Positions 50,714 to 51,921 of a DNA stretch of 51,921 nt are shown one piece after another. The number at the start of each line of letters is the position of its first letter. The first letter of the stretch is position 1. The position numbers were made by a program, and so were the translations under genes. Under the pieces are notes generated by a model, which worked only from the letters and a program-made list of their open reading frames with translations, was not told the DNA's origin and did not search any database. This DNA is from Octopus bimaculoides (lineage: Eukaryota), in NCBI RefSeq assembly GCF_001194135.2, contig NC_068988.1, positions 66,950,839 to 67,002,759 on the forward strand, in the 5' to 3' direction.

Positions 50714-51806
50714 AATAGGAGAGATCACTATGTGGATCCCTTGTATGCTTTGTATGCTAAAAATAGACGTCAAACCGTCTTACCAAGAAGCCTGGTTGGA
50801 ATTGATATTTAATAATATTTATTTCTACTCTTATTATTTAATTTAAAATATCTGTGTTTTGTAGCCAGTTGATTCACTGCTGAATATCATTCATTGAATC
50901 ATTTCTGGCTTAGCATGCTAGTATGAAGGCTTTTAATTCGAAATTAAAATATATGATATTGGATCTCTACACTCGTATCCTCTCACCGATTTCACTGAGG
51001 AGAATTGCTCATGTCACAACCTTAAGGTATGGAATTAAGTGCTATGTTTATTTCTGTTCATTTGTCTAGCTCGTAAACATCTAGCGTCTTACTAATTTGA
51101 GAACACAGATTTCGTGATAAAACGGTTTGACATTTATTTTCAGTATTTTTAGCGCACAAAGGATCCACATATTGGATAGAATTCACGTCCTCGGACGTTT
51201 TTTTAAGTTTACTGACTTCTGGTTGAAAATGCTATTATTTTATTATTTAATAATATTAATTTCTACTCCTATTATATATATATATATATNNNNNNNNNNN
51301 NNNNNNNNNNNNNNNNNNNNNNNNNNNNNNNNNNNNNNNNNNNNNNNNNNNNNNNNNNNNNNNNNNTATATATATACATATGTATATATATCTGTATGAG
51401 TGCATGTGTGTGTGTGTGTGTGCGGGCGTAAATTCAATTATACATTGAGCTTATCTGCATAAGAAAGTTAGTTGAATGCCTCTTACAGCGAAGACTTCGA
51501 AAGTATAACATTCATTTCTTAGGCTTTTTTCGCTTTTTGTATGACATAAGAAATTAAATCGGATGGAAATGAAAATCTTATATATGTGATTGATATGATT
51601 AAAGCACAAGACACAGGATCAATTCCCATATGATATACATTCGATTATATTATCAAGGCAATTACTGTTACAGTCACACACTTTTCCTTCATGCAAATAT
51701 TCGGACTTTGAGAAGGAAACATATATTACAGTTGATCACGTGTAATCTTATTGCAAAGATAGCTAAATGATGGGAGAGAGATTTGGGAATAGCGTAGAAT
51801 GACAAG

Positions 51807-51884
<78 letters not shown>

Positions 51885-51921
51885 CGTGTTTATATAACAT
51901 AATATAATATAATATAGAATA

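Overview
AT-rich, microsatellite-dense eukaryotic genomic DNA with 15 assembly gaps (roughly 4.7 kb of N, nearly all bordered by dinucleotide/tetranucleotide repeats). The tRNA-derived SINE families present are ones I recognise from octopus, so this is most likely an intronic or intergenic region of a coleoid cephalopod (inference). I find no identifiable host protein-coding gene; almost all ORFs in the track are artefacts of N runs and simple repeats. Recognisable content: about 30 SINE copies from at least 4 families (one full-length with an 11-bp TSD), three R4/Dong-type RLE retrotransposon pieces, CR1/L2-type RT relics, an L1/Tx1 ORF2 fragment, an internally deleted Tc1/mariner element with TIRs, a Helentron-associated (HINE-like) element and two hairpin MITE-like elements. 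The most interesting signals are (1) two or three Penelope-type dimer-dependent hammerhead ribozyme motifs with unusual architecture (an A6U core variant and a 94-nt stem II insertion), (2) a 1-kb foldback whose arms include microsatellites, and (3) a few weakly supported exon candidates, including a signal-peptide-like first exon. None of the family assignments were checked against a database.
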